64,000 nt of DNA. Origin: Bdellovibrionota bacterium. Lineage in GTDB: Bacteria > Bdellovibrionota > FAC87 > UBA2466 > JACKAF01. This document shows, one piece after another, positions 27,969 through 36,226 of this stretch. The stretch spans positions 89,726-153,725 of the forward strand of contig JAWKNY010000001.1 of NCBI GenBank assembly GCA_041391485.1, written 5' to 3'. Made by a program: the position numbers and the translations under genes. Every line of letters starts with the position of its first letter. Position 1 is the stretch's first letter. The notes under the pieces are model-generated. The model was given only the letters and a program-made list of their open reading frames with translations, did not search any database and was not told the DNA's origin.

Positions 27969-29450
27969 TTACTTTTCAAATCGTTGCATCAGAGTGGGTT
28001 CTGTTTCATGCATCATCTTTTGAATCACCCAATGCATCCACCCCAAACAAGCGCCGATTAAAATTACAAAGAACACCCAACACGTGGTCCAAATTCCGGT
28101 ATCTTCCAACAGATATCCAAACAAGATGGGGCACAGAAACCCGCCCAATCCGCCCACGACTCCGACAATTCCCCCCACTACCCCGACATCGGATGGAAAG
28201 TAGGTGGGGATATGCTTATAGACAGCGGCCTTTCCGATACCCATCAAAATTCCAACCACGAAGACTAGAAAGGTAAAGATCCAAACATTCGCTTGGAAGT
28301 AGATGTGAGTTACTCCCTTTGCGAGTAGCTGTTTCTTTTTGACGACGCTACCCACTTCAACGACCGGCTCCTGCCACGAACGAGATGCAGGAAACACCAT
28401 CGTTTCCGTTTCCTGTTTCACAGACTCGCGCGCCGCTTGAACCGTGTATTTTCGCTCTCCGTCCACCACCACTTCACTTGGCGATACACTGGTAACCTTG
28501 CCCCCGTACTTTGCCTGAACGCCTGGACCCGGAGTGTAAACGTCCATTCTCGGAAAGATCAAAAGTGCGCTGCAGATTAAACAGATCGTAAACACCCAGT
28601 ACATGACACGTCTTGCCCCGTAGTGATCGCTCATCCACCCGCCAAGCGCGCGGATAACCCCCGAAGGGAGGCTGAAGATCGAAGCCAAAAGACCTGCGGT
28701 GACAAGCGACATCGAATAAACATTCACGTAGTAGGGAATGAGCCACTGAGCGAGGGCAACAAACCCGCCAAAAACGTAGAAGTAGTAGAGACAAAAGCGC
28801 CACACCCGAACATTGGAAAGAGGCGCGAGTTGCGCTTTCAAAGTTTTTCCTGTGCTTTCAACTTTCCGAGGATACGTGAAGAAATAAAAGAAGATTGCGG
28901 TTGCCAGTAGGACTAGCGAATAGATCCATGGAAGGCGGCGCCACCCTTCAGGATTCGCACCATGCTGAGTTAGCAATAGGAGGAGCGAAGGGGCGCCGAG
29001 ACTAGTGAGCGCGGAGCCCGCGTTGCCGGCGCCAAAAATGCCAAGCGCTGTGCCTTGGTGCTCCTTCTTAAACCACAGCGAAGTATAGGCAATGCCAACA
29101 GCGAAAGAGGCTCCAGAGATTCCAAATCCGAGCGAGGTAAGTAGGAACTGACCGTAGGTATTGGCGAGGCTCAGCGTCCACATGAAAAATGAAGAAAGGA
29201 GTAAGAGACCGATGAATATCGGTCGACCACCAAAGCGATCGGTCAAAAGTCCCACTGGCAACCGAAGAATGGACCCAGTGAGTACGGGAATTCCGATTAA
29301 CCACCCGACCTGCGAGTTGGTCCACTCGAAGACCTTGGCCTCAACTAGGTAGGTGACCAAGACACCATTTAGCATCCAGGCAGCAAAGCAAAGTGTAAAC
29401 GCAAGGGTGCTTGCAAATAAGACAGATACCGCCTTGCGATCCTCAAACAT
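27969..29450 (-). CDS. narK: MFS nitrate/nitrite transporter (NNP family) with a long insertion between TM9 and TM10
   Basis: 12 TM helices with NNP signatures (GLLTDRFGGRP, FGAGNAGSA, GGIVGVVGGLGGF). An 85-90 aa hydrophilic segment (residues about 301-387) interrupts the C-terminal half. Confidence 0.85.
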   Translation of the reverse strand: MFEDRKAVSVLFASTLAFTLCFAAWMLNGVLVTYLVEAKVFEWTNSQVGWLIGIPVLTGSILRLPVGLLTDRFGGRPIFIGLLLLSSFFMWTLSLANTYGQFLLTSLGFGISGASFAVGIAYTSLWFKKEHQGTALGIFGAGNAGSALTSLGAPSLLLLLTQHGANPEGWRRLPWIYSLVLLATAIFFYFFTYPRKVESTGKTLKAQLAPLSNVRVWRFCLYYFYVFGGFVALAQWLIPYYVNVYSMSLVTAGLLASIFSLPSGVIRALGGWMSDHYGARRVMYWVFTICLICSALLIFPRMDVYTPGPGVQAKYGGKVTSVSPSEVVVDGERKYTVQAARESVKQETETMVFPASRSWQEPVVEVGSVVKKKQLLAKGVTHIYFQANVWIFTFLVFVVGILMGIGKAAVYKHIPTYFPSDVGVVGGIVGVVGGLGGFLCPILFGYLLEDTGIWTTCWVFFVILIGACLGWMHWVIQKMMHETEPTLMQRFEK

Positions 29451-29521
29451 CGAACCTCCCCTATCAACAACAGGCTAACATTGCAGATGGGGGCTGGCCT
29501 TGATGTTTGGAGATGAATGGC

Positions 29522-29535
29522 TTGATAATTATCAA
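29522..29535. promoter_or_regulatory. FNR box in the narK / carbonic anhydrase divergent region
   Basis: Perfect TTGATAATTATCAA (extended CTTGATAATTATCAAG). The centre is about 78 nt upstream of the narK ATG at 29450. Confidence 0.7.
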
Positions 29536-29569
29536 GTTTTCCGGCCCTGGAATGCGCTAAGTTTACTAG

Positions 29570-30244
29570 ATGAAGAAGCTGCTCGAAGGCATCGTAGAAT
29601 TCAGGCGCACCAAAGTCCCAATCTACCGAGAACGGTTTGCCGACCTAGCCCATGGCCAGTCACCCCGATTTCTTTTCTTCGCCTGTGCGGATAGTCGCGT
29701 CATAACCACCATGATCGCCTCCTCCGAGCCGGGGGATATTTTCCTGGTTCGCAATGTGGGAAATCTGATCCCAATGTTCAATCCCGGGGGGCAACCCAGC
29801 GGAGAAGTTTCTGAGGGCGCCGCTATTGAATTTGCCCTCTCTCGATTTGATATTTCGGATGTTATTGTGTGCGGCCATTCCGAGTGTGGGGCGATGCTTG
29901 CGCTCAGCGAAGGGAGGGAACAAGTGAACTTGCCCTCATTGCGCACTTGGCTCTCCTATGGAGAAAAGGCGCTCAAGCGTTTGGAAGAGAATCGCGATTT
30001 TTGTCCGGAACTCCCTTTTCACAATCGGCTCAGCAGGATCAATCTCTTGCTGCAACTAGAAAATCTAATGTCTTACCCTCTAATTGAGAGCAGAGTTCGC
30101 ATGGGCAAAATGCGTCTCAATGCATGGTGGTTCGACGTCGCAAAGGCCGATGTCTATGGCTATGACGGTGACACCAAGTGTTTCGTGCTCATCGACGAAA
30201 CGGGGGCGGAACATTTCATTAATAAACTTGAGCGAAGACCCTAG
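29570..30244 (+). CDS. beta-class carbonic anhydrase
   Basis: Zinc-ligand motifs FFACADSRV and CGHSECGAM, plus FLVRNVGNLIP. Confidence 0.85.
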   Translation: MKKLLEGIVEFRRTKVPIYRERFADLAHGQSPRFLFFACADSRVITTMIASSEPGDIFLVRNVGNLIPMFNPGGQPSGEVSEGAAIEFALSRFDISDVIVCGHSECGAMLALSEGREQVNLPSLRTWLSYGEKALKRLEENRDFCPELPFHNRLSRINLLLQLENLMSYPLIESRVRMGKMRLNAWWFDVAKADVYGYDGDTKCFVLIDETGAEHFINKLERRP

Positions 30245-30654
30245 TTGCGGTCGGGATAGAAGGTTTCCAGGACCTGCCTCAATGCTCGGCAAGCGTCTAC
30301 GGTTGTAAAAATACCGACAAGTTTTCCGTCATCGTCGCGAATGAGAGCGCACCCATATTTTTCTTCGGCCATCGCCGCTACGACTTCGTCTAGGTTGGTC
30401 TGGGGAGAGACGGAGAAAGGGTCAGGTATCATGATGTCTTCCGCAGTAAGTACATTTTCGCCCGTAGAACCAAGCGCCGATTTGACACTTCTATCACTGA
30501 TGATACCGACCAAAGCCTCGCCCTTTTTCACCGGCAGATGGCGAACGCGGTTCTGACGCATTAATTCCTGAACTTCTTTAAGCGGAGTTTCAGAAGCAAT
30601 CGTATGCGGCGTAGGCGTCATGTACTCTCTTACCTGCGGCATTTTTGTGGGCAT
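30241..30654 (-). CDS. CBS-pair domain protein
   Basis: Two CBS motifs (VRHLPVKKGEALVGIISDRSV; CALIRDDDGKLVGIFTTVDA). Confidence 0.85.
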   Translation of the reverse strand: MPTKMPQVREYMTPTPHTIASETPLKEVQELMRQNRVRHLPVKKGEALVGIISDRSVKSALGSTGENVLTAEDIMIPDPFSVSPQTNLDEVVAAMAEEKYGCALIRDDDGKLVGIFTTVDACRALRQVLETFYPDRN

Positions 30655-30674
30655 CTAATAGTTTCCTTCCTCTG

Positions 30675-31130
30675 CTACGCGGCTAGCCCCATCAAGAATG
30701 AGGGTTTCTCAAATTGAAAGGGAAGCGGTAGCTCTACTCTCCACTCTCGATCGCGAAGGAGTCGCAAAAGATCGGTAGTAGTGATGATACCGACAAGACT
30801 CTGATTTTTATCGATGACCGGTAGGCAGTGGATACGGCGTTCGAGCATCAGATCTACAGCAGAGCCGATCGATGTGGTCGGAGAGCACAGGACAACATCG
30901 GTCACCATGGCTTCGCGCACTTTCGTTGTGCGTACCTTAATTCTTCCGCGTCGTTTGTGGGCGTGGAGCAGCACGTCTCTGTCAGAGAGAATGCCCACCA
31001 CCTTGCCTTCCCGAACTACCGGAACGTGCTGAATCTCGAGGGCCCTCATCGAATCGTAAGCTTGGACGAGATCGTCGTCCTCAGTCACAAAAACAACCCT
31101 CCGAGTCATTTCCGCATTGACCGTTTCCAT
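30675..31130 (-). CDS. CBS-pair domain protein
   Basis: Two CBS motifs (IQHVPVVREGKVVGILSDRDV; IHCLPVIDKNQSLVGIITTTDL). Confidence 0.85.
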   Translation of the reverse strand: METVNAEMTRRVVFVTEDDDLVQAYDSMRALEIQHVPVVREGKVVGILSDRDVLLHAHKRRGRIKVRTTKVREAMVTDVVLCSPTTSIGSAVDLMLERRIHCLPVIDKNQSLVGIITTTDLLRLLRDREWRVELPLPFQFEKPSFLMGLAA

Positions 31131-31263
31131 AGCGTCCCCTTTGTCTGGATATTAGTGCAAACGATGTACCTGCCATTTCGTGGCTGCCCAGGACTACGGG
31201 GCAACCAAATCCAGCTCATTTTGTCCCACGTAGAGACAACTCGTCCCATTCAGAGCACAAAAT

Positions 31264-31581
31264 TCATTTTTCGGCTCTCACATCGACCTCAAATGCCACA
31301 TCGAGCGTTTTTCCCATCCCCAGGGATAATGTCTTCTCAATCCCGTGCCTGCAGGGAAGTCGCGCCTGAAATGATTTCATCTCCTCAGGCGAGATCACAA
31401 GTTGAACTGCGCTACACGAAAGGTCGATCACCATTGCCTGATCGAGCGGTTTCTTGGCTATCGTCACTACGAACGTAAGAGGAATCGTTTCCAATTGGAC
31501 GTAGTCGCCCTTGTTGAGTTTCTCAAATTCTTCCGCAGTGACTCGAAAGCGGATCTCACCATCGGCAAATCGAATATTCAT
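31264..31581 (-). CDS. small hypothetical protein translationally coupled to mobA
   Basis: The ATG at 31581 overlaps the mobA stop (ATGA). 105 aa, no recognised domain. Confidence 0.5.
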   Translation of the reverse strand: MNIRFADGEIRFRVTAEEFEKLNKGDYVQLETIPLTFVVTIAKKPLDQAMVIDLSCSAVQLVISPEEMKSFQARLPCRHGIEKTLSLGMGKTLDVAFEVDVRAEK

Positions 31582-32156
31582 GAATGACTCCTTGTAAGCT
31601 CTGCCCAATCGTGGGGCGTATTTGCGTTTGCAAGCGATCGCACATCGGATGGCGGCGCCATTGTGACGAAGCCAAGACTCTTCAACAAGCCATGAATCGA
31701 CTCATTTTGGCCGCACCGAAAAATTAGGTCTTCGTTCAACCGAAAAATAGCCGGAAGCCAGTTTCCCTCAAAGCAAACGGCATTTGGTTTGTGCCCGTTG
31801 AAATAGGTGACGAGCGGGCGAAGAGAGTCTGCTGTCAGGAGTGGTAAATCAACAGGGACCACGAGAAGGCCTTCGCAGGAATCAGAAAGACACTCTCTCG
31901 CGGTACTCGCTACACCACCTACCGGTCCTTGAAACGGCTTGAGATCGGGAATGAACTCGACACCAGGGACCTCCCCGCTAACGACCACACGTTGAACGAA
32001 CGGCTTGAGCTCATGAAGCACCTGTCGAGTGCGCTCGATCATGCGCAGTCCGCCAATCGAAAGCAGAGCTTTGGACGTTCCCATTCGGCGGCTACGCCCG
32101 CCGGCTAGTATCACCGCTGTGATGCTCAGACGTCCCTCCATGCTGACATAATTCAT
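31578..32156 (-). CDS. mobA: molybdenum cofactor guanylyltransferase
   Basis: N-terminal nucleotide-binding motif AVILAGGRSRRMGTSKALL. Start uncertain (32183, 32156 or 32141). Overlaps the moaE 3' end. Confidence 0.85.
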   Translation of the reverse strand: MNYVSMEGRLSITAVILAGGRSRRMGTSKALLSIGGLRMIERTRQVLHELKPFVQRVVVSGEVPGVEFIPDLKPFQGPVGGVASTARECLSDSCEGLLVVPVDLPLLTADSLRPLVTYFNGHKPNAVCFEGNWLPAIFRLNEDLIFRCGQNESIHGLLKSLGFVTMAPPSDVRSLANANTPHDWAELTRSHS

Positions 32157-32601
32157 GACCCTTGAGCCATTCGCTGTCCCCATCTACGTAATGCTCTTGC
32201 TTCCAAATCGGAACCCGCGTTTTAAGTTCCTCAATAATATAACGACACCCTTCGAACGCTTCGCTACGGTGCGGGGAGCTTACGCCGATTGCCACGCTGA
32301 TTTCGCCAACTCTCAGACGGCCCGTCCCGTGCAGCACGACGGCATCAATTGCATCACCCCATTTGGATCTTGCCTCTCCAATAATTGTGGTGAGTTCCTT
32401 CTCCGCAAGGGCCTTATGGCATTCATAGCTAACAGCCGTTACGATTCTTCCGTGGTTGAGGTTTCGAACCGCGCCAAAGAAAAAGGCAATTCCCCCGTGC
32501 GATGGATTGTTGAGGGCTTCGCTAACTAGCCCCGGCCGCACGCCACCCGCGACAATATCTATCTTGGTGAATGGAGTCTCCGTCACGCTTAACCTCCACA
32601 C
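32092..32601 (-). CDS. moaE: molybdopterin synthase catalytic subunit
   Basis: FFFGAVRNLNHGR ... VAIGVSSPHRSEAFEGCRYIIEELKTRVPIWKQEHY is typical of MoaE. Confidence 0.85.
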   Translation of the reverse strand: MWRLSVTETPFTKIDIVAGGVRPGLVSEALNNPSHGGIAFFFGAVRNLNHGRIVTAVSYECHKALAEKELTTIIGEARSKWGDAIDAVVLHGTGRLRVGEISVAIGVSSPHRSEAFEGCRYIIEELKTRVPIWKQEHYVDGDSEWLKGHELCQHGGTSEHHSGDTSRRA

Positions 32602-32861
32602 ACGGGGGGGAGAAGGGAATATTCGGGAGAACTACCCAACTGCTCCCGCTCCGAAAGTACCCTGTCCGTCGCAACTGCGGACGACATTAGCTCAGCAACG
32701 CCCGGAAATTCGGGACAGCGCCGATGTAATTCCTCGGCAACCGCTGCACGAAACTCCTTTGGGGTCATCTCCGGATGGGTGACCACTCGGAGCTCGTCGC
32801 CGATAGCATATTGCTTTAGCTTACCGAAAAGAAGAACGCGTGAGTGAGACGATGTCGTCAT
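32589..32861 (-). CDS. moaD: molybdopterin synthase sulfur-carrier subunit
   Basis: 90-aa ubiquitin-like protein ending in the diagnostic C-terminal Gly-Gly (PPVCGG). Lies between moeA and moaE. Confidence 0.8.
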   Translation of the reverse strand: MTTSSHSRVLLFGKLKQYAIGDELRVVTHPEMTPKEFRAAVAEELHRRCPEFPGVAELMSSAVATDRVLSEREQLGSSPEYSLLPPVCGG

Positions 32862-34087
32862 AGAATTCCTTCCTTGGATGACCAGCTATGGAGAGGATAA
32901 ATATCGATTTCTGATCCATTCACCACACTATCCCCATCCTCAGGCAAAACGGCCCAGCAGTTTGAAGCGAGACACGGAGCCACGCGAAACGACTCCTGTC
33001 CGCGCAGAATCTTTACGGTCCGAAGCGTCTGCGTATGGGACAACTCGGCCTTTAAGAAGCACCGAATCCCCAGAGGCTTCTTCGTGTCATTCTCCAAAAC
33101 GGCTCGGTATGGCCGTTCTGGAGATAACCCTTGAAGGGATCTCAGATACGGCTCAACGAAAAATCTCAAACCCACTGCCGTCGAAACTGGGTTTCCTGGT
33201 ACCCCGAAGAATGCCGTCTTTCCCAGCTTAGCAAACAGGAGTGGCTTTCCGGGGCGAATGGCGACTTTGTGAAAAAGAATTTCAGCACCGAGATCTCGAA
33301 GTGCAGGTGCCACGAAATCATAGCGACCCATTGAAACCGCTCCCGTGGATAGGATGACATCCACGTTTCTCCCGAGCTCAGTTTCCATGAGGCTTAAGAA
33401 AGCTTTCGGATCATCCGCGATTACTCCGAGGAATCTGGCGTCAACGCCAAGGGCGTTCAGCTCCGATAAAAGGTAGGGAGCTGTGGAATTGCGAATTTTA
33501 CCGGTTCCAGGTCCCGCATCGGACGTAAGTTCTGCGCCCGTGGAAACCACCGCCACCGTGGGTTTGCGGTACACGGAAACGGAATTAATCCCCAAGGCAG
33601 CAAATGACATGAGGTGTTCCGGATACACTCGCGTTCCGCCATCCGAAACCTCTTTTCCCATCTGAAAGTCTTCTCCTGCTTTACGAATGTTTTCGCCGGC
33701 ACGGACTAGTCTTGAAAACTGAATGGTATCGCCCTCGCGGGTAGTTTCTTCGACCTTGATGACGGCGTCACAATCAGGGGGAACCACGGCACCCGTCATG
33801 ATCTCCCAACACTCGTTGGGTCCTGTCTCACAGTGCTCTCTAACGGCATCGCCCGCCGCAATGATTCCATTCACACGCATTCGAAACGGACCGGATTGTG
33901 AGGCAATATGGCGTGAAGACACTGCGAAACCGTCCATCGCGCTGTTGGTAAATGGAGGAAGCGCCTCAGGACTTAAGATCTTGGAGCTTAACACCCTCCC
34001 CAGTGACCGCTCATAAGCGACTTGCTCCTCGGGCACCGGGGAAGCGGTAGAAATGATCTGGTGAATGGCGTCGGGGAAAAGAATCAT
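32858..34087 (-). CDS. moeA: molybdopterin molybdenumtransferase
   Basis: PPFTNSAMDGFAV, STGAELT, ILSTGAVSMGRYDF, KVAIRPGKPLLFA, FGVPGNPVS. The ATG at 34087 overlaps the upstream gene stop, and the longer ORF-track N-terminus lies inside that gene. Confidence 0.9.
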   Translation of the reverse strand: MILFPDAIHQIISTASPVPEEQVAYERSLGRVLSSKILSPEALPPFTNSAMDGFAVSSRHIASQSGPFRMRVNGIIAAGDAVREHCETGPNECWEIMTGAVVPPDCDAVIKVEETTREGDTIQFSRLVRAGENIRKAGEDFQMGKEVSDGGTRVYPEHLMSFAALGINSVSVYRKPTVAVVSTGAELTSDAGPGTGKIRNSTAPYLLSELNALGVDARFLGVIADDPKAFLSLMETELGRNVDVILSTGAVSMGRYDFVAPALRDLGAEILFHKVAIRPGKPLLFAKLGKTAFFGVPGNPVSTAVGLRFFVEPYLRSLQGLSPERPYRAVLENDTKKPLGIRCFLKAELSHTQTLRTVKILRGQESFRVAPCLASNCWAVLPEDGDSVVNGSEIDIYPLHSWSSKEGIL

Positions 34088-35190
34088 AAAGGTACCCTCT
34101 TGGAAAAAAGTAAGTAGGAAGCGCTCGCTGTGATTATTCCAAAACCTAGCGACCACAAAAGATTTTGAGAAAGCAGAGCGACCGTCCCCATGATAATGAG
34201 GGTCGGTCTCAAGGCCGGAACCCTCCAAGAAGGAGCGGCCAGCTTCACATGGTGATACCCAACAACTCCGAGCAAAATGCCTAAAAGAAGCGGGGGATAA
34301 TTCAACAGCGTCCTGCCCCAAACGACTTGTGCGCCCGCGAGCATGAGACAAAAGGCTCCGATAATCAGATTGCTAGACCAATGGTAGCTTCCCCCTCGAA
34401 CATGCGCCGTGACTCCCCCCGAACCGTGGCAAAAGGGAAGCCCCCCAAATGTAGAGACGGCGATATTTCCAAATCCGATTGAGGCCAGCAATCCGGAAAT
34501 GGACACTCGGTGAGCTTTCTCGCCGAAGTATCGAAGGGCTACGTCATGGGTGGCCAGCACTGAGTTGGCACTCGTCAAAACAACCTGGGGAAGGGCCAGG
34601 GCCAAGATAAAATCCCAGCGAACCACAGGGACCGCGCTAGAAAAGCCGATCGTTTCGGAAGGACTTAGCGATATTCCAACGATAGTCCCTCCAGCGGCCA
34701 ACAAACCAAGAAGTGACAGACCGAAGAAATGACTTACTAACCAGGCGATACCGCACGCTCCTAGGATGAAAAATGATTGGAACAGATCGGGATGAATGAA
34801 CGTTTCTAAGCCGCCTTCGAAGGCTCGCCTCAAAAGCATTAACCCCAGTCCCGCCTGAATCCCGTGTATCAAATACGAGGGAACTCGATCTGCAAATCTA
34901 TCGATTCTAAAGAGAAGAAGAGCCACACAGAAAAGACCAAGGACGGCGCCCGCCCACCGTACTTCCAGATAGCTCGCTCCCGATACCACGGCGGCAATGG
35001 CGATGGCCTTCAGAGGTTGCACTGACATGGGAACTCGAAACCACAGACCAGAAAAAATGTAGATTATTCCCGCAGAAGCAAAGAGCATCGCCGAAGAAAA
35101 TCCGGATCGGTTCGCAAGCGCCGCGATGAGTGGAAATAGGATCGCGCCGTCAGCGAAGGCACCCAACACATTTCCAAACCGTTTAGCCAT
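34084..35190 (-). CDS. polytopic membrane protein, MOT1/sulfate-permease-like putative molybdate transporter
   Basis: About 10 TM helices. The N-terminal motif GAFADGAILFPLI resembles the MOT1 signature GDLGTYIPI. Embedded in the Moco operon. Confidence 0.55.
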   Translation of the reverse strand: MAKRFGNVLGAFADGAILFPLIAALANRSGFSSAMLFASAGIIYIFSGLWFRVPMSVQPLKAIAIAAVVSGASYLEVRWAGAVLGLFCVALLLFRIDRFADRVPSYLIHGIQAGLGLMLLRRAFEGGLETFIHPDLFQSFFILGACGIAWLVSHFFGLSLLGLLAAGGTIVGISLSPSETIGFSSAVPVVRWDFILALALPQVVLTSANSVLATHDVALRYFGEKAHRVSISGLLASIGFGNIAVSTFGGLPFCHGSGGVTAHVRGGSYHWSSNLIIGAFCLMLAGAQVVWGRTLLNYPPLLLGILLGVVGYHHVKLAAPSWRVPALRPTLIIMGTVALLSQNLLWSLGFGIITASASYLLFSKRVPL

Positions 35191-36226
35191 GATTTCCTCC
35201 CTTAACGATGTGCAGGGCATGGGGAATGAGATCCGTGAGCGCAGTAAGCCCTTCCGCCACCGCCTTTGAGCTTCCAGGAAGGGCGATAATGAGAGTCTTA
35301 TCTAAAACGAAGCTTGAAGAGTTGCTGAGCCAGGCCGATTGTAAGCGTAGCGATCCCTTCTGGCGCAGAAACTCGCCAACGCCCCGCATCTCCTTGGTAG
35401 CAATCTCTTGCAAGGCATCGATGGTAATGTCTCGCGGCCCCAACCCCGTGCCGCCCGTGGTGATAATGAGGCGATTCCCTCTCTCTACAAGTTCCCGAAC
35501 CGTGGACTGTATGCGCTTTTTATCGTCGGGAACAACGTTGCAACCTGAAACCAGAGCCCCATTGTCCTTGAGCCAATCTACGGCGAGCGGTCCCGATTTA
35601 TCTTCTGATCTCCCCTCGGAAACGCGATCACTCATCGTAACGACTGCACACTTCACGGCAGTTAATCGCTGTGGAGAGCTCTGTGGTTTTGGTTGAGCTA
35701 CGACGGATTCTAGGTTGGCCTCTGGATGCTTCCAAATTCCGTGCTTTCCCCCTTCTTTATAATTGAGCCTTACCTGCTCCAATACGAGAGCTGGCTCAAC
35801 CATTTTTATAAGGTCATAAAGGCACAAGAGAGCGACACTGGCGCCAACGAGGGCCTCCATTTCCACACCGGTTTTCGCCGTCGTAGAGACCTGACAAGAG
35901 ACACGAACTGCCGCACTTGGCTCATCCAATTCACAATGGACTCGCACCTCTTCCAGGGGGAGTGGATGACAAAGTGGCAGTAGATTCGACGTCTGTTTCG
36001 ATGCCGAAATTCCGGCAATCTCCGCAAGGACTAAAGCATCTCCTTTTGGAAGTTTTCTATCGCGAACCAGTCCGAACGCCGCGGGTGACATTCGGATCGT
36101 TCCCGTAGCTTCAGCCCTTCTCTTGGTCGGTGCCTTATCGGTAACGTCGACCATGTGAAAATTGGGATGGGGCTCACTATCCGCCCATGGCTGCGAGGTT
36201 TCGCGTGGATCCATAATCTCCCTCAT
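35183..36226 (-). CDS. moaC: bifunctional cyclic pyranopterin monophosphate synthase MoaC fused to a MogA/MoaB-type domain
   Basis: N-terminal MoaC (HMVDVTDK, KGDALVLAEIAGISASKQTSNLLPLCHPLPL, TGVEMEALVGASVALLCLYDL). C-terminal MoCF-biosynthesis domain (AVVTMSDRVSEGRSEDKSGP, ITTGGTGLGPRDIT). Confidence 0.85.
   Translation of the reverse strand: MREIMDPRETSQPWADSEPHPNFHMVDVTDKAPTKRRAEATGTIRMSPAAFGLVRDRKLPKGDALVLAEIAGISASKQTSNLLPLCHPLPLEEVRVHCELDEPSAAVRVSCQVSTTAKTGVEMEALVGASVALLCLYDLIKMVEPALVLEQVRLNYKEGGKHGIWKHPEANLESVVAQPKPQSSPQRLTAVKCAVVTMSDRVSEGRSEDKSGPLAVDWLKDNGALVSGCNVVPDDKKRIQSTVRELVERGNRLIITTGGTGLGPRDITIDALQEIATKEMRGVGEFLRQKGSLRLQSAWLSNSSSFVLDKTLIIALPGSSKAVAEGLTALTDLIPHALHIVKGGNHG

Noticed and set aside
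30828-31478. 216-aa plus-strand ORF
   Set aside because: It runs antisense to the CBS-pair gene and to the small mobA-coupled ORF and crosses an intergenic region. It has no motifs, while the minus-strand genes have canonical CBS motifs.
34088-34351. 88-codon N-terminal extension of the moeA ORF
   Set aside because: It overlaps the 3' end of the upstream transporter gene. MoeA similarity begins at MILFPDAIHQ, and the ATG at 34087 forms an ATGA overlap with the upstream stop.
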